Assembly (NCBI GenBank): GCA_977016875.1
Contig: CDRNST010000090.1
Coordinates: 1,612,001-1,676,000, forward strand
Length of the DNA: 64,000 nt
Direction: 5' to 3'
Origin: Pavona decussata
Lineage: Eukaryota
Made by a program: the position numbers and the translations under genes. The notes under the pieces are model-generated. The model searched no databases. It was not told the DNA's origin and was given only the letters and a program-made list of their open reading frames with translations. Below, one piece after another: positions 11,901-24,300 of the stretch; within the stretch, counting starts at the first letter, position 1; each line of letters starts with the position of its first letter.

Positions 11901-13766
11901 TTCATCATTCATGAAAATCATTTTTGAAATGCAATCGATCTTACTCTACTCCTGTCCATTATCCAGTTTTTTGCATGAGTCTTAAATTATAGCGGATAAA
12001 CTTGTACAGAAATTCAATTTCTGTAAGGCCAAGCAAGTGCCTTTGGTTTGAATAAGTCTAAAGTGAAGAGATTTTCTGACTGACGCTGTCTTTTGTTATA
12101 AATAGCTGTGGTGGAAATATGCTGATGAATGTTGGACCAACTGCAGATGGCAGTATTGTACCAATATTTCAGGAACGACTCCTGCAGATGGGTGAATGGC
12201 TGTCCGTGAATGGTGAAGCTATTTATAGCAGCAAGCCCTGGAGAGTTCAGAATGACACCATTAACAAGCATGTTTGGTGTGTATAGTGTTATAAGAATAT
12301 TACAGAATTTAATTTTTTAAAATACCTCTAATCACAAACAGAAGTTATTAAGACACCTTAACACTTAACCCAAAAGTAACGATATACATGGTAAGGATGT
12401 GTACGTCAGTGAAAGTCATAAACACTGATTTTCAGGTTCTTACCTTATATCAGGACAGGCTGGCTAGACCTGTAAGCCTGAGTGTGAACAGAATGCCTTA
12501 TTACCAAGTCCTGATTGAAAATGTCATATTTTATATATAATGAAGTGACTGTTCACAGGACCAGATTGGAGGCCCAAGGATAATAATCAGAGGAGGGGGG
12601 GAGGGGTGGAGTGAGTACTCCTTGGAAATATTTATGGTGGGGTGTGCAGCTCAGTTATCCAAACCCTGATCCTATTTCAGACCAAAATATGTAATTTTCC
12701 AGTACCCTTTTTCAGACCTGGCCTCTATAATTCATACTCATAATTTTCAGGCCTGGTCTGAAGGATCCCTACCCATTTCTGTAAAATCCATACTCATTTT
12801 TATTCTTTCAGACCAAAATGGTAAAAATCTATACCCTATTTTGGACCAAAAAAGCTCAAAAGCTATACCCTTTGGCGTCACACATGTCTATGGGGTACTG
12901 ATCAGTATTGTATATGACTAAGCAAATGACAACAAAGAAATTCCTCTGAAATACTGAGTCACCCCTGTCCTTTACCATGGCTTTTTTCTGCAACCGACAG
13001 AAAATATTTCATGGCTTAATTTCTGTTGAAGTTATTTTAAGCCATACCCATAGAGCCAGCGCTGTACAAATGGGTACAAGTGATTTGTAAAGGTTGCTTT
13101 GAAATGTGAGAGCTTTTATTGTTTGGAGGAGAGAGAGAGCCATAAAAGTAATACCTTGCATGTTTATTCAATGAGAGGAGAATTGCTTGAAGAAGTAAAT
13201 TGCGTGATGTATTGAAGTCTCAATTTGAATGAGAGGCAAATCTTGAATTAAGCAACAGAACTTTGTTTTATGTAGGCTCAGTTTTACAAATACTGTAATG
13301 CTCTTTATAATTGGGTGGTATGCGCTACTTTAACAAAGATCTTTCTCGTTTTTGATAATCTCTACATACCCTTGACACATACCCTTACAGTGCTGCATAA
13401 CTCTGCACCATTCTCAAAGAGCCATTTATTTGCCCTTTTTAACAAAACCCCATTTAAATTTAAACTAAAGATCATGTACATAGCTGTGTGGTTCTCACTC
13501 AGATTTCCTATTTTTCTCCTAGGTACACTTCCAAAGCTCATGCGGTGTACGCTATTCTCCTTAAGTGGCCTTCCTCTGATGAGCTTACTTTGGGAGCGCC
13601 AATCACCACTGAAGACACACAAGTAACCATGCTAGGCTATGAAGGAAAGTTTGTCTGGAAACCAGCGAGTGATAAAGGAGGAATGATTGTCAACATGCCT
13701 GGAATCCCCGTGAACAAGCTCCCATCTCAGTGGGCGTGGGTTCTAAAAATACAAAACATAAAATAA
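5917..13766 (+). CDS. FUCA: Alpha-L-fucosidase (GH29, FUCA1/FUCA2-like), copy A; frameshift between signal peptide and catalytic domain
   Basis: Exons 5917/5963-6246, 7373-7479, 7730-7860, 8967-9097, 9427-9527, 11024-11156, 12106-12276, 13523-13766, all GT-AG and phase compatible. Motifs [69 protein letters not shown]. Confidence 0.93.
8399..8796. mobile_element. MITE with CCCAGGGGGGGTACTCGGGTATATTAGT TIRs and 8-bp TSD (intron 3 of copy A)
   Basis: About 28-bp terminal inverted repeats; exact GTTTTATA duplication at 8391-8398 and 8797-8804; internal GGACTTTTTTTGG repeats. Confidence 0.85.
9839..10652. mobile_element. Tc1/mariner-pogo-like MITE (intron 5 of copy A)
   Basis: CAGTCGAACCTCCC ... 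GGGAGGTTCAACTG-TA termini; subterminal GGTCGCTTACGAGAGG repeats at both ends. Confidence 0.7.
12596..12900. mobile_element. Degenerate G-run/GTACTC-type MITE
   Basis: G-run plus GAGTACTC start and repeated TTTCAGACC/ACCCTATTT subterminal motifs; termini decayed. Confidence 0.4.
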
Positions 13767-15719
13767 CCATGATCACATAAACAAAGGAATTGGAGACTAA
13801 GTTCGGATTGAGCCCGCATTAGTCGACAAAGGGGTTGCCATGAAACGAGATCATGTAACATAATTAGGAGTTGTGCACACTAGCTCTGCAGAAGACGTTC
13901 TGGTATAAACGGGTTCTGGCCTGGTTATTTTCATCCAGCTGTCAACCAACCATTGAAATAAATAACTGACAAATACCGTGGGTTGTAAACATTTGTGACG
14001 AGAAGTTCGGGTTACTGGAATTCAGTCAAGTTACCCAGACTTCTACTGTACCTTATTTTACTGAAGAGACATAAGTGTAACTAAAGCCTGTAGTTTCTTA
14101 AGATGCAGTGACAGAAAGACACTTAAACATTACATTTGACACGGTGCGAAATGGAAGAAGTGCTAATCTTTTATAACGGAACGTCTTGTTTAAAGAGAAA
14201 AGTGGCCGGGGGATATGGATTTTCCAAATTTTGTATCTGAGTTGGTAGTTGAACTTGAGAAGTGATTTGCGCAGTAAGGAACGTTTGTTGGTTTGCTGTT
14301 AATATGGTAGCGAGAATTTTTAAAAACTGATTGGTTAGTAAAGAGCCTTTTTTTTTTTTTAAATGTCTGATTAGTCTTGATTAAAAAAGAAAAAAAGAAA
14401 ACAAGCTGGGTTCATGATAAACAATCCCTTCCAACCAAGGGGGAAGTAATTGGGTTAAATGAGAGTTTGCAACAAGAAGCACAACAAATATTCCTTCTCA
14501 TCATCTTTTTTGGCCCGACTGTCTGTCTAAGTCTCCTGAGAATGTTACCCACTGAAAAACTGTTTCACAATATTTGGCGGACAATAATATTTTTAATTAG
14601 CGCAAACAAGACTCAGTGCAGCGCTCACTTAAAATTTGAACACCCAATGTCTGATAACTTTTTTGCAACAACAATAGAAAGAAAGAAAAGAAAAAAGAAA
14701 CCACTGTGAAATGTGTAATAGGGGAAAACTTGATACCGTATCAAAGGTTAGTAAATGTCAATGTGAGTCACCAGTCAGGTGGCGGTAATAAGTGTTGACT
14801 TAATAGCCAAAAACAGAAAAATAGCAACGGCTTTAACAGAGCTCTTCGAGTGACGACCCGATTCCGTGAACAATGTCAACAATCCGTCGAAGGAGCAATC
14901 GTTTTCGGGAAAACGGCGATAAAAATTGTAAGAATGAAATAAGGTAAAAGGAGTCCAAGACTAACGGTTACTCCAAGACAACAGGTCGTTTGACCACGAG
15001 TCATCCTTAATTCTGTCATTATATCGGTTTAGCCCGTGCGCATGCTCAAACCACAAAACGTACCATATGGAAGACAAAATGACTACATTATCATGTATAT
15101 ACATGGCCGAACCTCAGTTTAAGTCAGTAAGGTGGAACTGAGGTGCCAACGAAAGGGATCTGTCTCATATGGTCTAGGGACCGACTTTTCTCTCCCTCAC
15201 CGTCTTGTCGGGGACAAGGTATCGAAAAGCAGCGCGGAGCCATCTCCAGCTAGCATAAGCGAACCGCGGGCCGAAATCTCGTGGTGCATCGTCATACTAC
15301 AAAGCTCCGGCAAAGTGTCCAGAGGTACCGCTGTCGGCTGTATTTTTCTCTCTTTTTTAGCCATTTTGATATTAAGGCTGGCACGTCGCCCGAAGACATC
15401 ATAGCAAAAGAAGCGTTTCATTCATGTCTCTTGTTATCAAATTGTCGACGGGTATTGTGTACAATTCATAGCCTTTAAGCCAATTCTGTACATTAAACTC
15501 GTTCCCTTGAAAATATAACATCGATAAATACATTTACGCGCGGGAGGATTGCAACCCTTAGGTATCCAACATCAAGGGCCCATGTTTCACGAATCTGGAG
15601 GAAGAATGTCAGGGAAACATGAAATAATTACGGTACAGCAGGATATTAAAACTCAGGAAATTCGAAATCTTTTCCGTGATTGTCACCGAAAAATTGGGAG
15701 GATATTCCAAGTTTCCGGA

Positions 15720-18346
15720 AAAGGGCAATTTTATTGGACAAAAATACCTCGAGAGGACCATGTGTATTTTACGGCCTTTTCGAGTGCAAGAAAAACGTTG
15801 GTCATGTTCTGTGTAAAATAGTTTCACATAGAACAGTGGAGCCGCCGTTATTTCCTGGCGCGCTACTTGCCTTCAAATTTCATTGGTAAAGACGATGTTA
15901 GAGCGAAAAGTCAAATACGATTTTTTACGAGCCTGACAGGGGTCCTGACAGGCAGGAGAAACAAACGAGACACTTTTTACCCAGCTAGAACCAGTATTTT
16001 AATAAAAAAAATCTCAGCAAACTAGGTATTTAGAAGCGTTCTAGCCAGTTAACCGTCTTTTGTATTCAGTTCCCAGCCAGCTCTATTCCAACCTGCAGAG
16101 CGCGTTTTTATTCGAGCGGGCCCCAGGTACTCCTGAAAGTTCACAGTTGATAGTAACTTTTATTACAGTTATAGGCCGTAAAGTTTCGTCAGCAAAATCT
16201 TTGGTCATATATTTTCAACTTACAGCGTTTAAAATTTCCACGAATCGATCGTACGACAATATTTGTCATCGGAATCTGCCGGATGCAAACACTGTAAATC
16301 GTTACATGTTTGTCCCAATTCACAAAAGCGGCCAGTTTGCGTGATTATGGGGATTATAGACGATTTATAGACCACAAATTAAAAACATTCTATCCTTTAA
16401 TTCTGGTTTCATTTTTATAAACTGATTTGTAGGAAAATCTAAAAAATCGTAGTGTATTTTTTAAATGCTGCAGTCGCGTCGTATTGTAAAGATTCTAAAC
16501 AAAACTTTCAATGAATATTTTTCAGTTTGAAAACCCAGGCCCACTTGGACTTGAGTTTGTTAGCTGGAATGCAAGGTACAGTAACTATCATTCCTCCTTT
16601 GTCACTTGCTGGCTTCCATTCAAATTTCCCTTCATAACCCAGCATGGTGACGTGTGTGTCTTCAGTGGAGAGAGTAAGTTCATCAGTAGAGGGCCACTCA
16701 AGGACAATGGCGTACACTACGGAAGATTTGGACGTGTACCTGAGAAACAAAAGAAACGGTGAGAATCATGTACCAGAAAAACTAAACTGTTTCGCAAGAA
16801 GGGCGGATTTCGACTGGATCGACTTTGGTGTCCGATGTGACAAGTTTCATTTTTGGCGTAACAACGTTGCATCTAAACCTGCATCCCTTCTTCTGCCAAT
16901 ATGAACCTTTTGGTCTCCTCAGGAAGGACAGAAGATGAAATCAATACTCTTCTATCCCTCCTTCACGAACACACAACGCCAACAAAGCGCACTTAGTATG
17001 AGCTCATGTACGAGTAATTGTTTCAAAGGGCAATTTTATTGGACAAAAATACCTCGAGAGGACCATGTGTATTTTACGGCCTTTTCGAGTGCAAGAAAAA
17101 CGTTGGTCATGTTCTGTGTAAAATAGTTTCACATAGAACAGTGGAGCCGCCGTTATTTCCTGGCGCGCTACTTGCCTTCAAATTTCATTGGTAAAGACGA
17201 TGTTAGAGCGAAAAGTCAAATACGATTTTTTACGAGCCTGACAGGGGTCCTGACAGGCAGGAGAAACAAACGAGACACTTTTTACCCAGCTAGAACCAGT
17301 ATTTTAATAAAAAAAATCTCAGCAAACTAGGTATTTAGAAGCGTTCTAGCCAGTTAACCGTCTTTTGTATTCAGTTCCCAGCCAGCTCTATTCCAACCTG
17401 CAGAGCGCGTTTTTATTCGAGCGGGCCCCAGGTACTCCTGAAAGTTCACAGTTGATAGTAACTTTTATTACAGTTATAGGCCGTAAAGTTTCGTCAGCAA
17501 AATCTTTGGTCATATATTTTCAACTTACAGCGTTTAAAATTTCCACGAATCGATCGCACGACAATATTTGTCATCGGAATCTGCCGGATGCAAACACTGT
17601 AAATCGTTACATGTTTGTCCCAATTCACAAAAGCGGCCAGTTTGCGTGATTATGGGGATTATAGACGATTTATAGACCACAAATTAAAAACATTCTATCC
17701 TTTAATTCTGGTTTCATTTTTATAAACTGATTTGTAGGAAAATCTAAAAAATCGTAGTGTATTTTTTTAAATGCTGCAGTCGCGTCGTATTGTAAAGATT
17801 CTAAACAAAACTTTCAATGAATATTTTTCAGTTTGAAAACCCAGGCCCACTTGGACTTGAGTTTGTTAGCTGGAATGCAAGGTACAGTAACTATCATTCC
17901 TCCTTTGTCACTTGCTGGCTTCCATTCAAATTTCCCTTCATAACCCAGCATGGTGACGTGTGTGTCTTCAGTGGAGATTGGAGCACCAAGAGTAAGTTCA
18001 TCAGTAGAGGGCCACTCAAGGACAATGGCGTACACTACGGAAGATTTGGACGTGTACCTGAGAAACAAAAGAAACGGTGAGAATCATGTACCAGAAAAAC
18101 TAAACTGTTTCGCAAGAAGGGCGGATTTCGACTGGATCGACTTTGGTGTCCGATGTGACAAGTTTCATTTTTGGCGTAACAACGTTGCATCTAAACCTGC
18201 ATCCCTTCTTCTGCCAATATGAACCTTTTGGTCTCCTCAGGAAGGACAGAAGATGAAATCAATACTCTTCTATCCCTCCTTCACGAACACACAACGCCAA
18301 CAAAGCGCACTTAGTATGAGCTCATGTACGAGTAATTGTTTCAAAG
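15720..18346. repeat. Direct tandem duplication of ~1.3 kb (15720-17024 and 17025-18342) containing the last exon of fucosidase B
   Basis: Near-identical copies at offset 1305-1318; AAAG microhomology at the junction (17025-17028). Confidence 0.95.
16508..16739 (-). pseudogene. Duplicated terminal exon of fucosidase B with in-frame 12-bp deletion (orphan or alternative last exon)
   Basis: Same as 17814-18057 but reads LTL-STED instead of [11 protein letters not shown]; acceptor tttctcag| and stop codon intact. Confidence 0.8.
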
Positions 18347-21300
18347 CTAAAACCAAACTACGCGTGAACATTTTCACCTACTGCCTTGCTTGGCACCAGT
18401 TTCATGCTATCCCGCTTGGCGCCATATGCATGTACCCTCGCGTTCATTTGGCATCGGTTGAACGCTTTCCCGCGCTTGGCAGGGCGGTTTCTTCATGTCT
18501 ACACCTCAAGCTTTGATTGGTTAGTTTACTTAAGGTGGGGGTACACATGAATTTGGATGGAATTTTCAGAGGTTTTAGGAAGGGATAGAAGAAAGAAAAT
18601 GATTTTTGGAATACTAACAGACAGTTGATACCCTCACAAGAGCACCCCAGGTTGCTAGTGGACTAACTTGGTATCCGTCTATTAATGATTAACTACAATA
18701 TTCAATATTTCTTATTTCTCTTAATTTTACTACTCTTTTGAGAAAAACTATCTCCTCCCAAATATACCTAAAAAAATTCACCCAAAAATTTTCAAAACAC
18801 CCCAAAACATTGATTTGTGTAATGCACATAGGGTTTTTGTATTGCTTGAAACGCAAACGAGATATTTCGGTTAAACCGATTTTAAGCGGCGTGAAAACGG
18901 CTTTCATGTAGACTCCCGCCTTCATTTTCTTTCTTAACACACTTAGACACACCAGACATCTTCGTTAATGGTGTCATTCTGAACTCTCCAGGGCTTGGTG
19001 CCATAAATAGCTTCACCATTCACAGACAGCCATTCACCCATCTGCAGGAGTCGTTCCTGAAATGCTGGTATGATTCGTCCGTCAGCAGTCGGCCCTACAT
19101 TCATTAGCAGATTTCCACCGCAACTGTGGAGAACAAACAATCAAATCAGTAAAACATTTTGTTATCTGGTCAGCTAAAGGTAGGTCTAAAATAGCTGAGT
19201 AACATTGTACTAAGGCCTAGATCATATAAGGTGCTCATGCGCGGTTGTGTTCGGGTCTCCGGCACAGGTCCTAGTCTGAACAGGAATTCGTCAGTTCTCG
19301 CGGTTTTTCCCGTACTTTCCGGTGATTCAGTCATCAAAATGGACACAGGCGCTAAAGTGGACAAACGAAGCAGAAACCTTTGCTTTGCTCGAGGCATACA
19401 GCGAGAAAACCGTTCAAAAATGTATTGATGGGATGAAAAGTAACGAAAAAGCTGACCGAAAATAAACTGAAGAAACCTGAGAAACCTAACCTATCGCCTT
19501 GATGTGTAAAGTAAACATGGGGATTTCTTTCAATCGATCAAAAGCATTCTCAGTTTAACCAATCGAAAGTTAGCTTACGCAAGTTTTCCTGTTCTTGGCA
19601 CCGGTTGCATTACGTGTGCATCTTTCAGTTGTGAATGGTAAAATGTGTGAGCTTTTAGTCGTCATTGTTAGAAAATCGCTCTATGGTTTACGTTTATCTG
19701 ACATACGGATTTGAATATCGGGTAAGGAAGGATAAAAACAGATCGGGTAGGATGCGATGACTTATTTCGTTACCTGACAGTAGATACCAGCTGATATAAT
19801 AACTCCTCAATAGTCAAATAATCCATGATAACAGCATTCCGTCTGTAGCCCCAAGAGAGTTTGTCAACCGTCATCGCATTTTCCCATTTATGATTCTGGA
19901 GTTTTCCTGACAAGCAACAAAATTAAACGATATGTAAAATAACTCTTTCCGATAAAAACAGATTAACAGTAACGCTATTATTCTAACATAACTGCTTGGG
20001 CTGCGATTTATTGAGGCACCTGTGAACACCGTTTTCACCATCTACTACTGCTGCACAAACTGGAAATGCGAAAAATAGAGCGCTGTGAGCTGACCTCTGT
20101 ATCTCAACTTTATAAGTGGCTTTGTATTTTCATGTTGCTTCGTAGGGGTGGGAGGCCCAGGGGCAGATTTTCGAGCAAAGGAAATTTGACTGAAACAGGT
20201 GAAAAGTAACATTGGGGGCTAATTTCCACTCCAGAAATAACTGCTGATCTTTTACCGTCTGATTCACCTCACCCCGAGAATGACAGTGTAATTCTGCACC
20301 CGCGCAGGCATGGGGGGGGGGGGGGGGTGGGGGGGTGGGGGGAGAAGTCCTTGGTAAGGTAAGGTAAGGTAAGGTAGGTAAGGTAACTTTATTTAGACAC
20401 GGTAAATCCTTCAGCAAATATGAGATATACATTCAGAGAAAAAAGATAAAAGATAACCAAAATCATACCTAACTAAACTAACTAACCTACACTACTGTTA
20501 ATCATATACTAAAAGCTGCTTTACAAGGATGCCGTGTTAAAAAACTCATTCAAAACTGTGGTGACGTAGATTAAGTTTAAAATTATGTAAAGATGTTGCT
20601 GCACGAAGGTCACTAGATAGGCTGTTCCACAACCCGGCTCCCCTGTAAGAGAAACTCTTCTTTAAATAATTGGTGCGGGGCTGTGGAAGAGCCAATTTAT
20701 TTTCAGTATTCCTTAATCGATATGATGTTACGTCGTTGCGAGAAACAAATCTAGAACTCAGATATTCAGGGGTCATTCCATGTAAAGATTTGTACATCAT
20801 GATAGCAGCTGATTCCAATCTTTGGTATTTTAGTTTACGCCAACCCAGTGCCCGGAACAATTCATCGATGTTAGAGTCATAATTGGCACACATTAAAATA
20901 CGGGCTGCACGATTTTGGAGCTTCTGAAGCTTTTCAGAGAGACCACTGCCACAGTTGCCCCAAACAACACTACAGTAATTAAAATGTGGTTGAACTAGGG
21001 CGTCATATACATTAATTAATATGTTAAAAGGTATAAGATGTCTTATTCGCTTAATTGCGCCCAAAGCAGAAGCAATCTTTTTACAAATGTTCTGTATATG
21101 ACATTCCCAGTTCATGTTTTGGTCGATGTGCACACCAAGAGATTTCGTGGATGACACCTGCTCCATTGGATGGTCATTTATACTGAAAGAAGGAATTTCA
21201 GGAAATGTTGATAACTTCTGTCTCGACGCAACTAACATGAATTCAGTTTTTGTTAAATTCAAGGTCAGTTTATTGGCAGATAGCCATGTATACACCCTGT

Positions 21301-24300
21301 TTAAATCATAGTTAAGGCAGTCATCGATATGTTTTAAATCTGCGCTAGCGAAGGTGAGGCTGGTGTCATCTGCATACATTCTTGGTTGTGAAAAATACAG
21401 ACAATTAGGCAGGTCATTAATATATAATAGGAAAAGTAAGGGTCCTAGAATTGTTCCTTGGGGGACACCACATTTAACTAATTTTGGAGTGGACATAAAG
21501 GAGTTCATTAGACAAGTTTGAGTGCGATTGCTTAAATATGACGTAAACCATTTGTGACAGAGACCGCGTATTCCATAGAATTGCAATTTTGTTAATAGAA
21601 TATTGTGGTCGACGGTGTCGAAAGCCTTTTTTAAGTCTAGAAAAACAACGGCATTGACGAAACCGCGATCAATATTCATGGCCCAAGTATCCGTAGCTTC
21701 GAGTAACGCAGTAACCGTAGAGTGTAAAGAACGAAATCCGGATTGATACTGAGAAAGAATACAGTTTTCAGTAAGATAGTGGTATAACTGGTCATACACA
21801 ACCCGTTCAAATATCTTGGCCACGACTGGGATTACTGATATTGGTCGATAGTTTGAGGGATCATTGCGTTTTCCAGAATTTTTATACAATGGGGTAACCC
21901 TAGCAGACTTCCACTCATCAGGAAAAATACCAGTTAACAGGGATTGGTTAAATATATAAGTGAGAGAATCTGCAATTAAATCTGGGCACTCCCTTAACAA
22001 TTTAGCTGAAATATTATCTAGTCCTGTAGCCTTAGACTTACAAAGTTTTGAGAGCAGAGAAAAAATATGTGCCGATGATGTTTCCTCAAAGACGAACTCC
22101 TTGTCAGTTGCACAAATAAATTCTTCATAGGTGGTATCAACATTCTCAATGTTTCAGTAGACTTATAATATTTAAGCTAGCCATTTTAAATCCGCGGCCC
22201 TTAGGAATTATAGAGTCTGGATTGCACCGGGAACTAGGTGGCGTTAAGAGAAAATCAGAAGTCGCCCCCACAGATGATGAATGAGGATTAAATCAATGGA
22301 CGATATGATTAACTAAATTACTTGCTAAAATGGCGATGCCCTTCTTGTTGAGATGGAGCTTCTGATTGTTTACGCATGTTTCATCAATGTTTGGGTGTTT
22401 AATAAAACCCCATCCATTTTGGTTACAAAAGGATTTGATGACTTTGTTACAGTCGGTTACCTTTTTACCAAGACACTCCTCGTCATAGCGCTGTGTCAAA
22501 GCCGAGATGGTGACTTTGGTGGCTGGAGAGGAAGACGAAATTAGGTTTCCTAAGTCGACAATCTGTTCAGCAACAACACGTGACGAGTGATCCTTAAGGT
22601 CATTGGTACCAACATGGAGTACAATTTCGCTAGGTTTAAGTTGCAGGGAAGGCTGTAAATAATGCTTCATGTCACCAACTGTAGCACCAGGGAAGCTTCG
22701 GACTGTCACACGTCGCTTCGCCGCGCGGCTCAATAGGTCTCTTCGGAGACCTTTAATTATGGAATCGCCAACAATGACAGTTGTATCAGTTGGAGTGTCG
22801 ATTTCGGGCTCTCGATCTGCTGTAGCTTTAGTTTCATCTTGATTCGATCCTTTATTCTTCTTCTTTTTCCTCTTTGAATTCACGTTATTGAAGTCAGCAG
22901 TTTCAATAGCCTGATTCCCATGCCGGTCTGATAATTCAGCGAGCTTAGCAGACAAGACGTGGTTGTCGTTGTTTAAAATAGTTATGGTTTCTTGTAGGCT
23001 TTTATTCTCAGCAATCAAGTCTACGTTCGGTAGTTCATGCTGAGAATTGTTTGTGGATTCCTTTAATTCCTTTGACAAGAGGCGCAGGGAGGTGAGAAGG
23101 CATTGTTTCTCTTCATTAGCAATACGCATCTCATCTGCATATTGGCGGTTTTTACTTTTTGCAAGATCAAGTTCTCTGGATAAATCGCACAATTTCTTTT
23201 CGTAATCACCGATTCTACTGTTGTCAGGCGAAGGATCGCGGGTGAAAGAATTAAATTGGTTCTGTAGCGAGTTCACATTAATTTGCAGAGATTCAATTTT
23301 CTCAAGCAATTTAGCATTAAGTTCACCGCAATGACAATTATGAATACACCCTTCAATGGTATCCACATTGTTGGTACGAGTTTCGAGCGACATATCAGGT
23401 TCCTCCTCTTCAGAGTCCTCAGTCAAGGGTTGCAAAACTTGAATTCCTGGTGCGCTTTGGCGGTCGATAGTTACGTTCACTGGACTAAAGTCATTTGTTG
23501 ATTCAGTACTTTCGGCACTATCTTCACTCTTGTCGTCATAATTACACGTTTGGGCGGCAGGCACATTCTTCACAATGTCCTCTAAAAACTTCCTAATATC
23601 ACCACATGCACTTCCCTGTATCTGTAGCGTCTTAGTGGTCAGATAGAAATTGAATGTCGCGCAAGGTAGCTTTAGAACGACACAAGAGCCATTGCACGAT
23701 CTCTTCAGCTTACCGCTAGTACAGTCGCCATCTTCGTTGCCATCTTCATTGCCCTTGACAAATCTAGCATCAAGGAATTGTTCAAGTTCATCTGCAGAGC
23801 CATTCCAACTGAACCGGCTTTTCCTTTGATTAAACGACAAAAACCGGTCGAGATGCAACGAAATCTCGTTCGAAGCACTGGAAATAGCTGATTCTGAGAA
23901 AGGGTTTTCGGCACAAGCGTATGCACGTCCGTTCGCCATCACGTTTTCACGTTGTTTATTAGCGACCACAATGGAGTTTTTGGTGAGGGTGTGCCTACAA
24001 GATCTCAAAATCTTGAAAATATTTCAGCCTAGAGTACATCATTGTCTTGATTTCAGAACCGCTGCCCAGTTAGCTTAGTTGGTAGAGCACTAAACTGCAA
24101 GGCGGGAAGTCGTGGGAGAAGGTGCTGCCTTTGCTTTGACATCTGCAAATGGTTAGATCTTCACGTGCCTCGGATGACCACGTAGAAATGGCGGTCCCGT
24201 CTTCAATTTGGGGACATTAAAAAAGCACTGAGGACATAACGAACCCTTGGTGTGACCACCCTCAGTGCCAGTATGTGGTCGGCTTGGCGCGATTAGCTTG

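Larger units (their letters stand above)
20353..24010 (-). mobile_element. CR1/L2-group non-LTR retrotransposon, internally deleted, in intron 5 of fucosidase B
   Basis: Esterase-type ORF1, RT ORF2, 3' AATAAA (20388-20393) followed by a (TTACC)n tail. The 5' boundary is approximate. Confidence 0.92.

Noticed and set aside
15132-15478. Cluster of short ORFs between the two fucosidase genes
   Set aside because: No recognisable motif or convincing splice structure; probably a repeat fragment.
24061-24120. tRNA-like 5' half
   Set aside because: No T-loop or B-box; it is a SINE head.
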